A DNA stretch of 64,000 nt from Paramoeba atlantica (taxonomy: Eukaryota; Protista; Discosea). The DNA lies in the NCBI GenBank assembly GCA_977017575.1, contig CDRNVI010000151.1, positions 62,001 through 126,000 on the forward strand. Direction: 5' to 3'. A model generated the notes under the pieces. The model was not told the DNA's origin, made no database searches, and saw only the letters and a program-made list of their open reading frames with translations. Shown piece after piece: positions 33,665 through 44,700 of the stretch. The position numbers were made by a program, and so were the translations under genes. The first letter of the stretch is position 1; each line of letters opens with the position of its first letter.

Positions 33665-34003
33665 ATGTCAAACGACCCTGTTGGATCATGCTCGTGTTCT
33701 TGCGAAGGTGGTACGGACTGTTGTTTCTGTTTGTGGTGCGACTTCTTTGATGAGACATTGGAATCGGAACGAGAGGATGATTCTGGTTTTGTTCCTGGGT
33801 GCACCTTTTGTGTTGTTTGTCTCTTTTTTTTGTGGGTTCCCATGGGTTTGTGTGGATCAATTCAGAGTTTGTACGACCTCATCTCTTGCAAATGTGTCGT
33901 TTGGAAATGTTGGGGTGATTGTTGTGGTTGTTGTCATGGTTGTTGTAGTTGCTGTCCTTGTTGTAAACCAACTCCTCCCCCAAGAGAAATGACAGAGAAG
34001 TAG
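33665..34003 (+). CDS. Small cysteine-rich putative membrane protein (112 aa)
   Basis: MSNDPVGSCSCSCEGG...CTFCVVCLFFLWVPMGLCG...WGDCCGCCHGCCSCCPCCKPTPPP: one hydrophobic stretch and a Cys-rich tail. Family not recognised. Confidence 0.45.
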   Translation: MSNDPVGSCSCSCEGGTDCCFCLWCDFFDETLESEREDDSGFVPGCTFCVVCLFFLWVPMGLCGSIQSLYDLISCKCVVWKCWGDCCGCCHGCCSCCPCCKPTPPPREMTEK

Positions 34004-34193
34004 AGAGGTTCATTTATTAAAAAGGGGAAGGAGATCTCCTTTCTCCCCTCTCAAGTCGAGCCTGTTTGGTGCTCTTTAATCATGCTTGACGGAATCCAAT
34101 CAACAACATTTGTTTTGATTGCATTCCAGATAAGTTTTGATTGCATTCCAGATAATATCAAATCCTCTTCTGTCTGTTCTTCTCCTCTCCCTT

Positions 34194-34530
34194 CTGATGC
34201 CTTGAGGCTCTCTTCCAACCTTCATTCCTTGGAATGGAAGCTGCTGGTATCCACGAGACCTCTTACAACTCCATCATGAAGTGTGATGTCGATATTCGAA
34301 AAGATTTGTACGGAAACGTTGTTCTTTCTGGAGGTACCTCTCTATGTTCCCCGGTATTGCCGTCTTCTCTTTCCACTTTCCAACAAATGTGAATTTCCAA
34401 GGAGGAATATGATGAATCAGGTCCCTCAATTGTCCACTGCAAGTGCTTCTGATCATTTAAATATTGTATCATAAATATTTTAATTCTCAAACTTATCATT
34501 TTTTTTGTTTGTTTCTTTTTGACTCATTCC
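34194..34530 (+). pseudogene. Degenerate copy of the actin 3' end including 3' UTR
   Basis: Near-identical to 33000-33430, but with an internal deletion of roughly 110 nt (ggtattgccg joined to tcttctctttccact), a 2-nt insertion (acctctctatg) and a TGG>TGA change. Confidence 0.9.
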
Positions 34531-34841
34531 CTTATGTTTCTGCCATAAGCCAATCACTTTCGTTTGGAACGAAGCTTCGAGTTTGAGGCAAAACTTGCTG
34601 CAATAGTGTGGTGTCCTAATCATTTAATGGTGTCCCTGTTCTTTTTTGTTATTTGAGTTTTGTTTCACTGTGAGGTTTTTTTTTGACAGGGCACTTTTTT
34701 TCTCGTTCTCGTTCGCTTCATTTCCGATAAGAAATTCCTTTGAGATTATGGTTCCCAAACACCCTCTCTTGACAAGTTCAAAAAAAGAAATGGATTTGAA
34801 AGATTTACTGAAAAGAAACAATGGAGTTCCAACAAAAAAAA

Positions 34842-36638
34842 TCAAAAACGCCCCTTAAAAGACACCAAAGGGACACCATCGCTGCGACGTTTGGGTGAGA
34901 AAAAATCAAAAGAAAATATCGAAAAAATAAAGAAGATGAACCTTTTAAAATTGGAGAAAAGAAGAGAGTTGAAACCAATGTGGTTGGACTGGTTGTAACC
35001 ACTTTCCTTTATTCCTCCACCTTCCTGAAGGTGTCTTGCTAATATCCCATCTGCAATACAGTCACAAATGTCTGAACCATGGTGAGAAGCATGAAAATGG
35101 AATGATATCTGCGGAAACTTATTTGTCCTTGGAGGTCTCATGATGGGCTGCAACATCCGTGCCAGAAAAGCTAATCCAAAGATCCCATGACAAAAAGACA
35201 AAGTCAGGGTCGTGTTTGTCGCGACTTGATTCAGCAAAAATGTTGATGTAAGCTCGGTGTAAACCATTAATCATCTTACTGACACCAGTTTGGTGTTCCA
35301 CCTTTTCTGCAAGTGTTTTTCCGTACCTCAAAACAAGAATATGACACTCCAGTGATTCACACTTTGCTGAACACTACAAACTTTGAAAAGTCCATCGTCA
35401 CAACAACACCATTGGGAATTGAATCATCTTTCAGAGCTTGGAGAATGTACCGTTTGAAATCTTGTTGATCCTGTGCAATCTTCTTGTGGTTTTCATAACC
35501 TATTTTTTGATGTTCAGAAAGCTGTTCAGGACTAAACCTGAGTTGATGACAATATGGACAAGAATCACATTTTGAAACGTGACTCCTTTTCGTTTCTTTC
35601 TTCACAAATTTTCGGATCGATGTTCGACTGACTTGAAGTTGGTGATTCTCAAGCAAAAATTGCTGGATTTTAAAAAAAAGTTCTTTGTCAGTAAAATATT
35701 GGAGTCGATCTTTCTGACCTGATTTCACAGGAAGAATTTCGTTGAAATAATCCATTAATATCTCCTTGTAAGCAGCCAGCTTCGTTTCCCTTCTTGCTGA
35801 AGAGATTTCTTGTTCAGCTGTCCTCTTTGCAATTCGGATAATTTTGGATGAAATCCCCACAGTTTTTTGATTACAAAATTCTGGAAGCTCATTGCTTATC
35901 CTTTTTACGAGCAAGTTTCTTACTTCTGGAAGATGTGAAGTCTCAGAGACAATGTTTGAACAAAATTGTCCCACTTTTTCTCGAAATTTGTTTGTTTCTC
36001 TTACTTGTACTTCCAAAGCAGTGATCTATTTTGAATATTCAATTTAGTTTTATTGTTGTGTTTAAGAGAGAAAAAAATCGGAAACCTTGAAGAGAAAGAA
36101 TCTCACCATCCTCATGGAGTTGTTCCTTCTGGGGAAAGAGGACCTCTCTTTTCAATGGCTCTCTCCTGGTGGAGGTATTCCAGAAATCCCCATCAAGATC
36201 ATCATTCTCTACCTTCTTTCTCTTTCTTTTTCGAATTGAAGAAGTGGCCCAACCTGGTTCCAGCAGAGGCTCTTTGCTGACCCACAAGAGATCAATCCCA
36301 CCTGAATTATCTGTCCATTCTAAATATCTTCTCTCTCCCTCACTTGTCTCAACAACAACTCCCTGTTTGACAACCTTTCCAAGAATTGAGCCCAAAGAAA
36401 ATGCCTGCACCAAGGCTCTGAGGAGTTTCTCACGTTGGACTTCTTCTGTTTCATTCTCGTCTGGTTTTTTGGGACACCGTTTCATATGTCGACTGCGGTT
36501 GTCTGACCGAGAAAACTGTTCACTTTTGAAGCAATAGGACTTGGTTTCCTTATTCTTGCACCAAGGGCAGGTTGGGGTTTCAACACCCACCACACACTTC
36601 TGACAAAAAACAAAACTTGTCAAACAAACCATCACCAA
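34842..36638 (-). mobile_element. Degenerate DDD/E-type DNA transposase (Sola-like) with an upstream zinc-finger exon or ORF
   Basis: KCDSCPYC...HKKIAQDQQ...VVVTMDFSK, YINIFAESSRDKHDPDFV, FHASHHGSDICDCIADG resemble the CxxC / DF / HGKxxCD motif series; CPWC...RSRHMKRC finger upstream. Frameshifts or stops separate the segments; no convincing TIR found. Confidence 0.55.
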
Positions 36639-36795
36639 CCCAAAACCAACTGAAAAAAGGCTTGCATTTTTTAGAGCACTATTTATTGGAGGCTAAAAAA
36701 CCGCCCAGACGCCCAACAGCCATTTTTTGAGTGCCCTCCGAAAAAAAAACTTCACCTGCAATTTCGAGAAGAGAAGAGAGAAAAGAAAAAGAGAA

Positions 36796-39700
36796 ATGGC
36801 AGCTCCTCCACCACCACCACCACCAGGACCAGGAGGAAAAATAGGGGGGCCACCTCCTCCTCCTCCTCCTTCTTCTTCTTCTTTAGGGGGGAAAAAGAGT
36901 ACAGGGAAGAGCCTTTCTGATGTTCTTTCTCTTGCTAAGAATCGTTCTGAGACGGCTGGTTTGTTTTTTTTTGTTTGTTATTTGTTTTGTTTTTTTTGTT
37001 TTGTTTTTTGTTTTGTTTTTTTTTTGTTATTTGGTCTTTGGAAAATTTTGTGTGAGTTTGGTACCAAGTAAAAAAGAGAGAGAGAAAAAAGCAAATAAAT
37101 CCACAAAAATAAGTTCAGGGAACTCTTTTGACAAGAATACCTGCTTTCAAACAATAAATAATCAAAGAAAATCAAAGAAAAGAAATAAAATAATAAAAAT
37201 AGGTTCAGAAAACTCTTCGACAAGAACATCTGCTATTTTTAAATAAATAAAATAAAGTAAAATAAAAAATAGATTCAGAAAACTCTCCGACAAGAACACC
37301 TGCTATTATAAAATAAATAAAATTAAATTAAAATAAATTAAAATAAATTAAAATAAATAAAATAAAATAAAATAAAATAAATAAAAATAGATTCAGAAAG
37401 CTCCTCGTCAAGAACACCTGCTATCCTCCGTGGTGAACAGGTCCTTTTTTTCTTTTTTTTTTCTTTTTTTTTTTCTTTTTTTTTTTTCTTTTTTTTCTTT
37501 TTTTTTCTTTTTTTTCTTTTTTTTCTTTTTTTTTCTTTTTTTCTTTTTTTCTTTTTTTCTTTTTTTCTTTTTTTCTTTTTTTTCTTTCTTTGTTTTTTCT
37601 TTTTTTCTTGTCTTTTTTTCTTTTTCTTTCCTTTTATTTCTTTTCTTTTTGCTTTATTTCTTTTCCTTTTATTTCTTTTTTCTTTTCTTTTTTTTCTTTT
37701 TCTTTTTTCTTTTTTCCTTTTCCTTTTCCTTTTCCTTTTCTTTTTTCTTTTCTTTTTTTCTTCACCTTTCTAAAAAAGAAATTTAGGCTTTTGCTCCTCG
37801 GCCTGAGCATGGCCATGCAGGCCTTTTTAATCAAGGTTTCTTTCTTTCTTTTCGATTTCTTTTCGATTTCTTTTTTTCTTTTTTTTCTTTTCTTTTTCTT
37901 TTTCTTTCTTTCTTTTTTCTTTTTCTTCCATCTCTCTGAATTTTTTTTTACAAGATAACAAAAAAGAAAAAAAAGAAAAAGAAAAAAGGAAAAAGAAAAA
38001 GAAAAAAAAGAAAAAGAAAAAAGAAAAAAGGAAAAAGAAAAAGAAAAAGAAAAAAAAAAAGAAAAAAAGAAAAAAAAGAAAGAAAAAAAGAAAAAGAAAA
38101 AAAAGAAAAGGAAAAAATTAAACAACTTTTCAAAAAAAAAAAAAGGGTCAACTTGTTACATGAACAGTTTATTACAAGCTTTGTACATGACTCCTTCTTT
38201 TCGTGATGCTCTTACTTCTTGGCGTACTGGTAAAGGTTTTTTTTTTTTGTTTGTTTTATTTTTTTTTGTTTATTTTGTTTATTTTGTTTATTTTATTTAT
38301 TTTATTTATTTTATTTATTTTATTTATTTTATTTATTTTATTTATTTTATTGATTTTATTTATTTTATTTATTTTATTTATTTTATTTATTTTTTTTATT
38401 TTTTTTATTTTTTTATTTTTTTTATTTCTTTCTTTCTTTTTTCTTCTTTTTTTTTTGAGAGTAATTGGAGAAAGAAGAAGAAGGTACCATTTGCAAATAA
38501 GCTTTATTCTTGTTTGTTGGACCAACCTTTTTACACATTTTATACACTCTTTTTCTTTTCAAATAAACCTTACTCCTCTCCTGACCGTTGGATCTCTCCT
38601 CCTCTCTTTCTTTCTTTGGCTTTGTTTGTTGGCTCTCCTTTCAGAAGAGTTTTCTGAGGAAGCTGGGCGGGAGGGAGGGGGTACCTTCTTCTTCTTTCTC
38701 CAATTCCTATCAGATCTGTTCTTCGGATTCTCAGATCTCCAGGAATTGGTTCTATCCAGAAGAAGGTACCATTTGCAGATTAGCACGTTCATCCTCACGA
38801 AAACTCGATCTTAATCTTTCTCTTTCCTTCTCTTCTTCGATTCTCGATTCTTTTTCTACACCTGCTGCTCCGTCGTTGTATTCAATTCGCTCGCAGAGTT
38901 CTCCTCCTCTTGTGATTTTTCCACCATTGATTATTTCCATCACCAGGTCTCCTTGTAGAAACTCTTCCGAGGTTTGACGAGGGGGCAATAAAATCCTCAT
39001 AGTGTTTTCGAGCAACTGATATTGTGTCCCCCCAGTTTCCCATCGCATCAAGTAGCGCCTCGTTATATCCAGCTCTTCGACCCGCCATTCTTCCTGTCTT
39101 CCCCATCGATATCCTGGTGTTATGTTCCGCTCAAGGATGTCTTTTCGAATTTCGAGCTCCTTGAAGAGTGATGCAATTCTCGAGCTCAGTGTTGTTGGGG
39201 CCATGGGTTTTTCCATCTTCTCACAGACAAACCACGGATCATTTCTTTTGTACATTTCCACTTGTTCCGTTCCAATCTTCGATTTCTGTAGTTGTTGTTC
39301 CCACTTTCTATTTTGCTGTTGGGGGTTTCGGTCTTGTTGTACTTCATATCCTCCTCTTCCTCTTCCTCCTCTTCCTCCTCTTCCTCTGCCTCCTCGACCA
39401 AATCTATCGCCTCGAAAGCCACTATCAGCGAAAGAAGAGCTTCCGAATCGCGAGTAATCTGTTCTCTCCCGACTCAAAGCTCGAAGAGCCTCTTGTGTGT
39501 TGCCCGTGCGCTTCGTCGATGTGTTTCTACTTCTTTCACTCCTTGTCTTCTTTTAATTTCTTCTCTTACAATTTTTCTCTTTTCCAGATCTGTAGTCTTA
39601 CTACGAACCACCAGTATCAGGAAATTTCGCGGGATGTTTTCTTCTCCAGCAAGGAGGGAGAACTGTGCCAACAAGGTTTCCTCATACATGGTCCTCTGAC

Positions 39701-41694
39701 ACTCCGCCATCGTTGTTGTAATCACCTCAGTCAACTCAGACAAGCTGACTGCATCAGAACTTTCATTGCTCATCAAGTCAATCGCTTGACGGATTGGTTT
39801 CAGTGCGTCATACATTTTCTTCGTACCATTATGTCGAGCAGCTGCTTCACCTTTTGTTCCGATTGCACCCTGAGGCATCTCGATAAAGTTGTCGAAAATC
39901 TCCTCATCGTGTCGTTTTTCAATCTTCTTTGATGTTTTCTTGTAGTCTTTTTGAATCTCCTATGCCTTTTCTTCTGGTTGAGGAATCTTCAAATTTCTTC
40001 CGCCAATCAGAATTTTGTCATCTAGATCTTCGTCGACAATATTGTCCTCTTCGAAAAATACGACCAATCCTGGGTAATCTCCATCGTGATCCAAAATCTC
40101 AGCGATATATTCGTTCGCTTCCATCAGAGACTCACCCATAACCGCCGCCTGCATTCGCTCCGCAGCATCTTTTGGTCTTTTCCCTTTCTCCTTTCTCTCT
40201 TCTTCTTTCAGTTTGCGGTAGAGCACTCGAAATTCGTGTTCGTCCATCCTGAGGTGGTCTCCGCCAACAAACAAGAAAGCCAAAGAAAGAAAGAGAGGAG
40301 GAGAGATCCAACGGTCAGGAGAGGAGTAAGGTTTATTTGAAAAGAAAAAGAGTTGGTCCAACAAACAAGAATAAAGCTTATTTGCAAATGGTACCTTCTT
40401 CTGGATAGAACCAATTCCTGAAGATCTGAGAATCCGAAGAACAGATCTCTTTTGTTTTTCTTTTTTTTTTGTTTCATTTTATTACCTTTTATTCTTTTTA
40501 TTTTTAATTTCTTTTTAGTTTTATTATTATGATCATTATTTCTTTTTCTTTCTCATCCTTTCTAATTTCGATTCACAAAATCAATAAACTAATAACTACT
40601 TGGTTATCTACAACAGAAATTGAAGAGAAAAATCTTTCTCGGTGTATTCCTTACCAATTTCAACGTCTCTTTGCTCGCTTAAAGGTTCTTCTTTCCTTTT
40701 TCATTCAGTCAAAAAAAGAAAAGAGAAAAAAGAGAAAAAAGAAAAGAGAGAAAAGAGAGAGAAAAGAGAGAGATGAGAGAGAAAAGAGAGAGAAAAGAAG
40801 AAAGAGAATTGTTGAATAAAAAAGAAAAGAAGAAGAAAAAAAAACTAATTTAATTGAAAAACAAAAAAAAAAAAAAAAAGTTTTCATCAAAAGCGTCAAT
40901 TAATACAAAAGATATTACCCGAAGTTTTGGGTGGGAAGGTTCTGATATTTTTCAGCAACAAGACGCAAATGTACACAGTTTTTTAATATTATTATTATTA
41001 TATTATTTTTATGTATTATTTTATTTATTATTTATTTATTATTTATTATTATGATTTATGTTTATTGAATATTGTTATTGTAAATTAAAATAAGATATTA
41101 CTTGAAGTTTTTGGGGGGAAGGTTCTGATATTTTTCAACAACAAGATGCAAATGTACACAGTTTTTTTTTTGATTATTATTATTATTATTATTTAATTAT
41201 TTGTTATTATTATTCATTTATTATTATTTATTATTATTTATTTATTATTTGTTCTCTCTTTTCAAAATAGAGATTTTGGAGTTTTATTTTTTTTTGTCTA
41301 AACATCATTCCTAAAATAGGAATTGAGACTTGTTTTATTTGATGCTTTAGAAAAGAGTTTTGATCATTATAAAACTTCTAATGTCATTGATACCCTCTTT
41401 CGCGGTAATTTTTTCCATATTTAATGAAAGATTTCTTTAAAAATGAATTCTTTTCTTTAAAACCAAAAAAAAGAAAGAAATCTAAATAATGTTAAATAAA
41501 TAAATAAATAAAATTATAACAAAAAACAAGAACTGTGAGCAATGTAAGGAAATGCAGTTCATGTAGTCACGAAAAGAAAACACCAGAACCATATTTAGAT
41601 TTAAATTTAAATTTTTCTTTTAAAAATGAATTCTTTTCTTTTCACAACAAAACAAAAAATTAAAGAAATCAAAATAATGGTAAATAAATAATGG

Positions 41695-41742
<48 letters not shown>

Positions 41743-44700
41743 ACAAAAAAACAGGAAGTGTGAACAATGTAAGGAAATGCAGTTCGTGTAGTCACGAAAA
41801 GAAAACACCAGAACCATATTTAGATTTAAATTTACCTGTTCGGGGAATTGGTTCTCTTGAAGAAAGTCTTTCTCTTTTTCTTCAACAGGAAAAATTGGAA
41901 GGTGTTTTGTGTTCTGGTAATTTGTTTTTGTTTTGTTTTTTTGTTTTTTTTGATTTCTTTTTTATTATTATTTCTTTATTTTGTTTTGTTTGGTTATCTT
42001 ATTTGATTGGTTATTCTTTATTATTTATTCTTTTTTATTTCTTTATTTGTTCAATCATTCTTTATGAGCCTTTTTCGTTTGTGATTTGTGTAACCATAAA
42101 AAAAAATAGAATGTGACAACCGGTGTGATGCAGATTTAGGAATTCAAATTTCCTCAGTCCCAACTGTCTTAACTCTCTCTCTTCGGTTTGTTCTTTTCAA
42201 GAAAAACTTTTATTCAATAAATAATAAATAAATAACAGATAATAAATAAATAAGAGAAATAAATAAATAAGAGATAATAGATAATAAATAATAAATTAAT
42301 AACTAAATAAATAAATAAATAAATAAATAATAAACAAAACAAAAAAGGCGGTTTGATTACGACACAATAACATGGAGAAGAGTAAAGCTAGGACATCGAG
42401 TCTCTTTTCCATTCTCATTGGATATGTCCCCTTTCATCACAACTGAAACAAAAACTTCTTCTTCTTCTTCTTCAAATGAAAAAGAGAATTATATCTATGA
42501 ACTTTTTGGTGTTTTGATCCATTCTGGTGGTGCTATGGGAGGTCATTATTATTCTTTTATGAGAGATCTCGAGAGTGGTTTGAGTTTCTTTTTTTTCATT
42601 TTTTTTTTGTTATGATCATTTGTTTATCTCATCTTCCTTAAACAAAATAACTAAAAAATGATTTTTACAAAAATAATAATTAAAAATAATAAAAATAGGA
42701 AAATGGTTGTCTTTTGATGATGCAAATGTGCGGCTCATTTCTGAGGAAGATATTGAGGTAAACAACCAAACAAACAAACAAACAAAAAAAAAATACAATT
42801 CTTTTCTTCATTCAAATTGATTCCATCCATCAACAATTTTAATAATAATAAGAAGAAGAAGAAGAAGAATAATAATAATAACCATTTTTTCATTTCTTCA
42901 AAAGAGCGCATTTGGAACAAGCGAAGGATCAAAAGGGAGCAGCATCACAGGAGGGGGGACGACAACAGAAGCGGGGAGAAAACCTGGTCGGAGAATGGGG
43001 TGTGCTTATATGTTGGTTTATCATCTTCGTCACAAGATTCCCAAGAAGATGTCTTCTCCTCAGGTTTTTTTTTTGTTTTGTTTTTTTTTTTTTGTTTTTT
43101 TTTTTTTTGTTTTTTTTTTTTTGTTTTTTTTTTTTTGTTTTTTTTTTTTTTGTTTTTTTTGTTTTTGTTTTTTTGTTTTTTTGTTTTTGTTTTTAAATGA
43201 ATGTAAAATTTGAGGAAAAATTTATTCACAAGATAAAAAAAATAGTATCCACCTGATGTGATGTCTGAAGTGAAAGAAGAGAATTCGGTCTTTGAAAAAG
43301 AAAAAGAGGAATATGAAATTCGCCGTGATACTGTTCATGTTTGTTCCAAAAAAAAAACTTATTTATATCATTAATTATCCATACATACTTATTCTAATAA
43401 AACAACAGTTGAAAGTGTTTGTTACGGGGAAAGAAAGAGAGAGAATTGTGGGAGTTTATAATAAACGAACCGTGAAAGAAGGAATTACTGAAATGTATAA
43501 GGATTGTGCCCAAAATGATCTGATTGATCCTGATTTGGTTTGTTTTTCATTTTGTCGTTTGATTTTTTTATTTGAAAAACTGTTTTTCTTTTTGATGGTT
43601 CAAATCAAATAATAAGAGAAGAATGATTAAAAATGATTTTTTTAAAAAAAAAATTAATTCAATCATTAATAATAATTTATTAATAATAAACAGACTCCAC
43701 AAGATTGTGTGAGATTAAGGGACTATAATGCATCAACCAACACCCCAGGAAAAGCATACAATTCTTCAGATGATCGAAATATCCTTCAGGCTGGATTTGT
43801 TTCTATGCGTACTTTCTTACTTGAAGTATTTCTCATCTTTTTCTCTCTCTCTCTCTTTATTTTAATTTTTTTAATTTCACAATTGAATATTCTTATTAAA
43901 TATTCTTTTCATTTTCTTTTTAACCAATTTGATTGAGAAACAAAATGTTAACTTTTAATTCAAAGGTAAAAGGAAAAGATGAAGATTTTCCAGAAGTTCA
44001 AGCACCACAAGTAACAATTAAAGTCCGAAAATACAATGAATCGGGTGACTCTCTTGATCCCATTATTATTCTCTCTCTTCCTTCGGACGCTCCTCTCCTT
44101 CTCCTTCGAGGTAATATTTTTGTTTAATATTTTTGAGTGTACATCAACTATTTTAGAGAAAGAGAGAAAAGATAAACAGATTTTCATCTTTTTTTCATTT
44201 CATTTTTTCAACAAATTTCCATTTTTTAATTATTTCTTATTTATTTTTTAAACTACCAACATATTCATAGAAACATTGGCGGAAAATAAAGACATCAATA
44301 TCCCAGTTGCAAAACAGAGACTCGTTCGTATTCGAGAGAACGATTGCAGTACCGAAACTATTGCGGTTTTGTTTTTGTTTTTGTTTTTGTTTTTGTTGGT
44401 TGATTCAGAAGATTTTAATAGAGAGAAAATAGGGTTGTGATGAGATGACTCTTGAGTCTCTTGGAATTGGATTTGCATTTTCGGTATATGTTGAATCCAT
44501 TCTTGAAGGAAAACCCTCAGGTTTTATTTTTACCTCTCTTTTTTCTTCTTCTTCTGCACCTTTTTTCTTGTTGTTCTCATGCTAGGTATTCCCAATAGGA
44601 CTTTTAGAGTACCTCGAAGGACAAAAGCACATTATTGAAATCCAATACAGTAATGATACTGATAAACAAAAAGATCAAGGAATGAAAATTCTTCTTATTG

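Noticed and set aside
34520-36740. Terminal inverted repeats for the Sola-like element
   Set aside because: Only an 8-bp agggcact match (about 34688 versus the reverse complement at about 36731) was found, too short and misplaced to define ends.
37108-37430. CRISPR-like repeat-spacer appearance
   Set aside because: Eukaryotic intron context, degenerate repeats matching an exon start, low-complexity A-rich spacers, and no cas genes.
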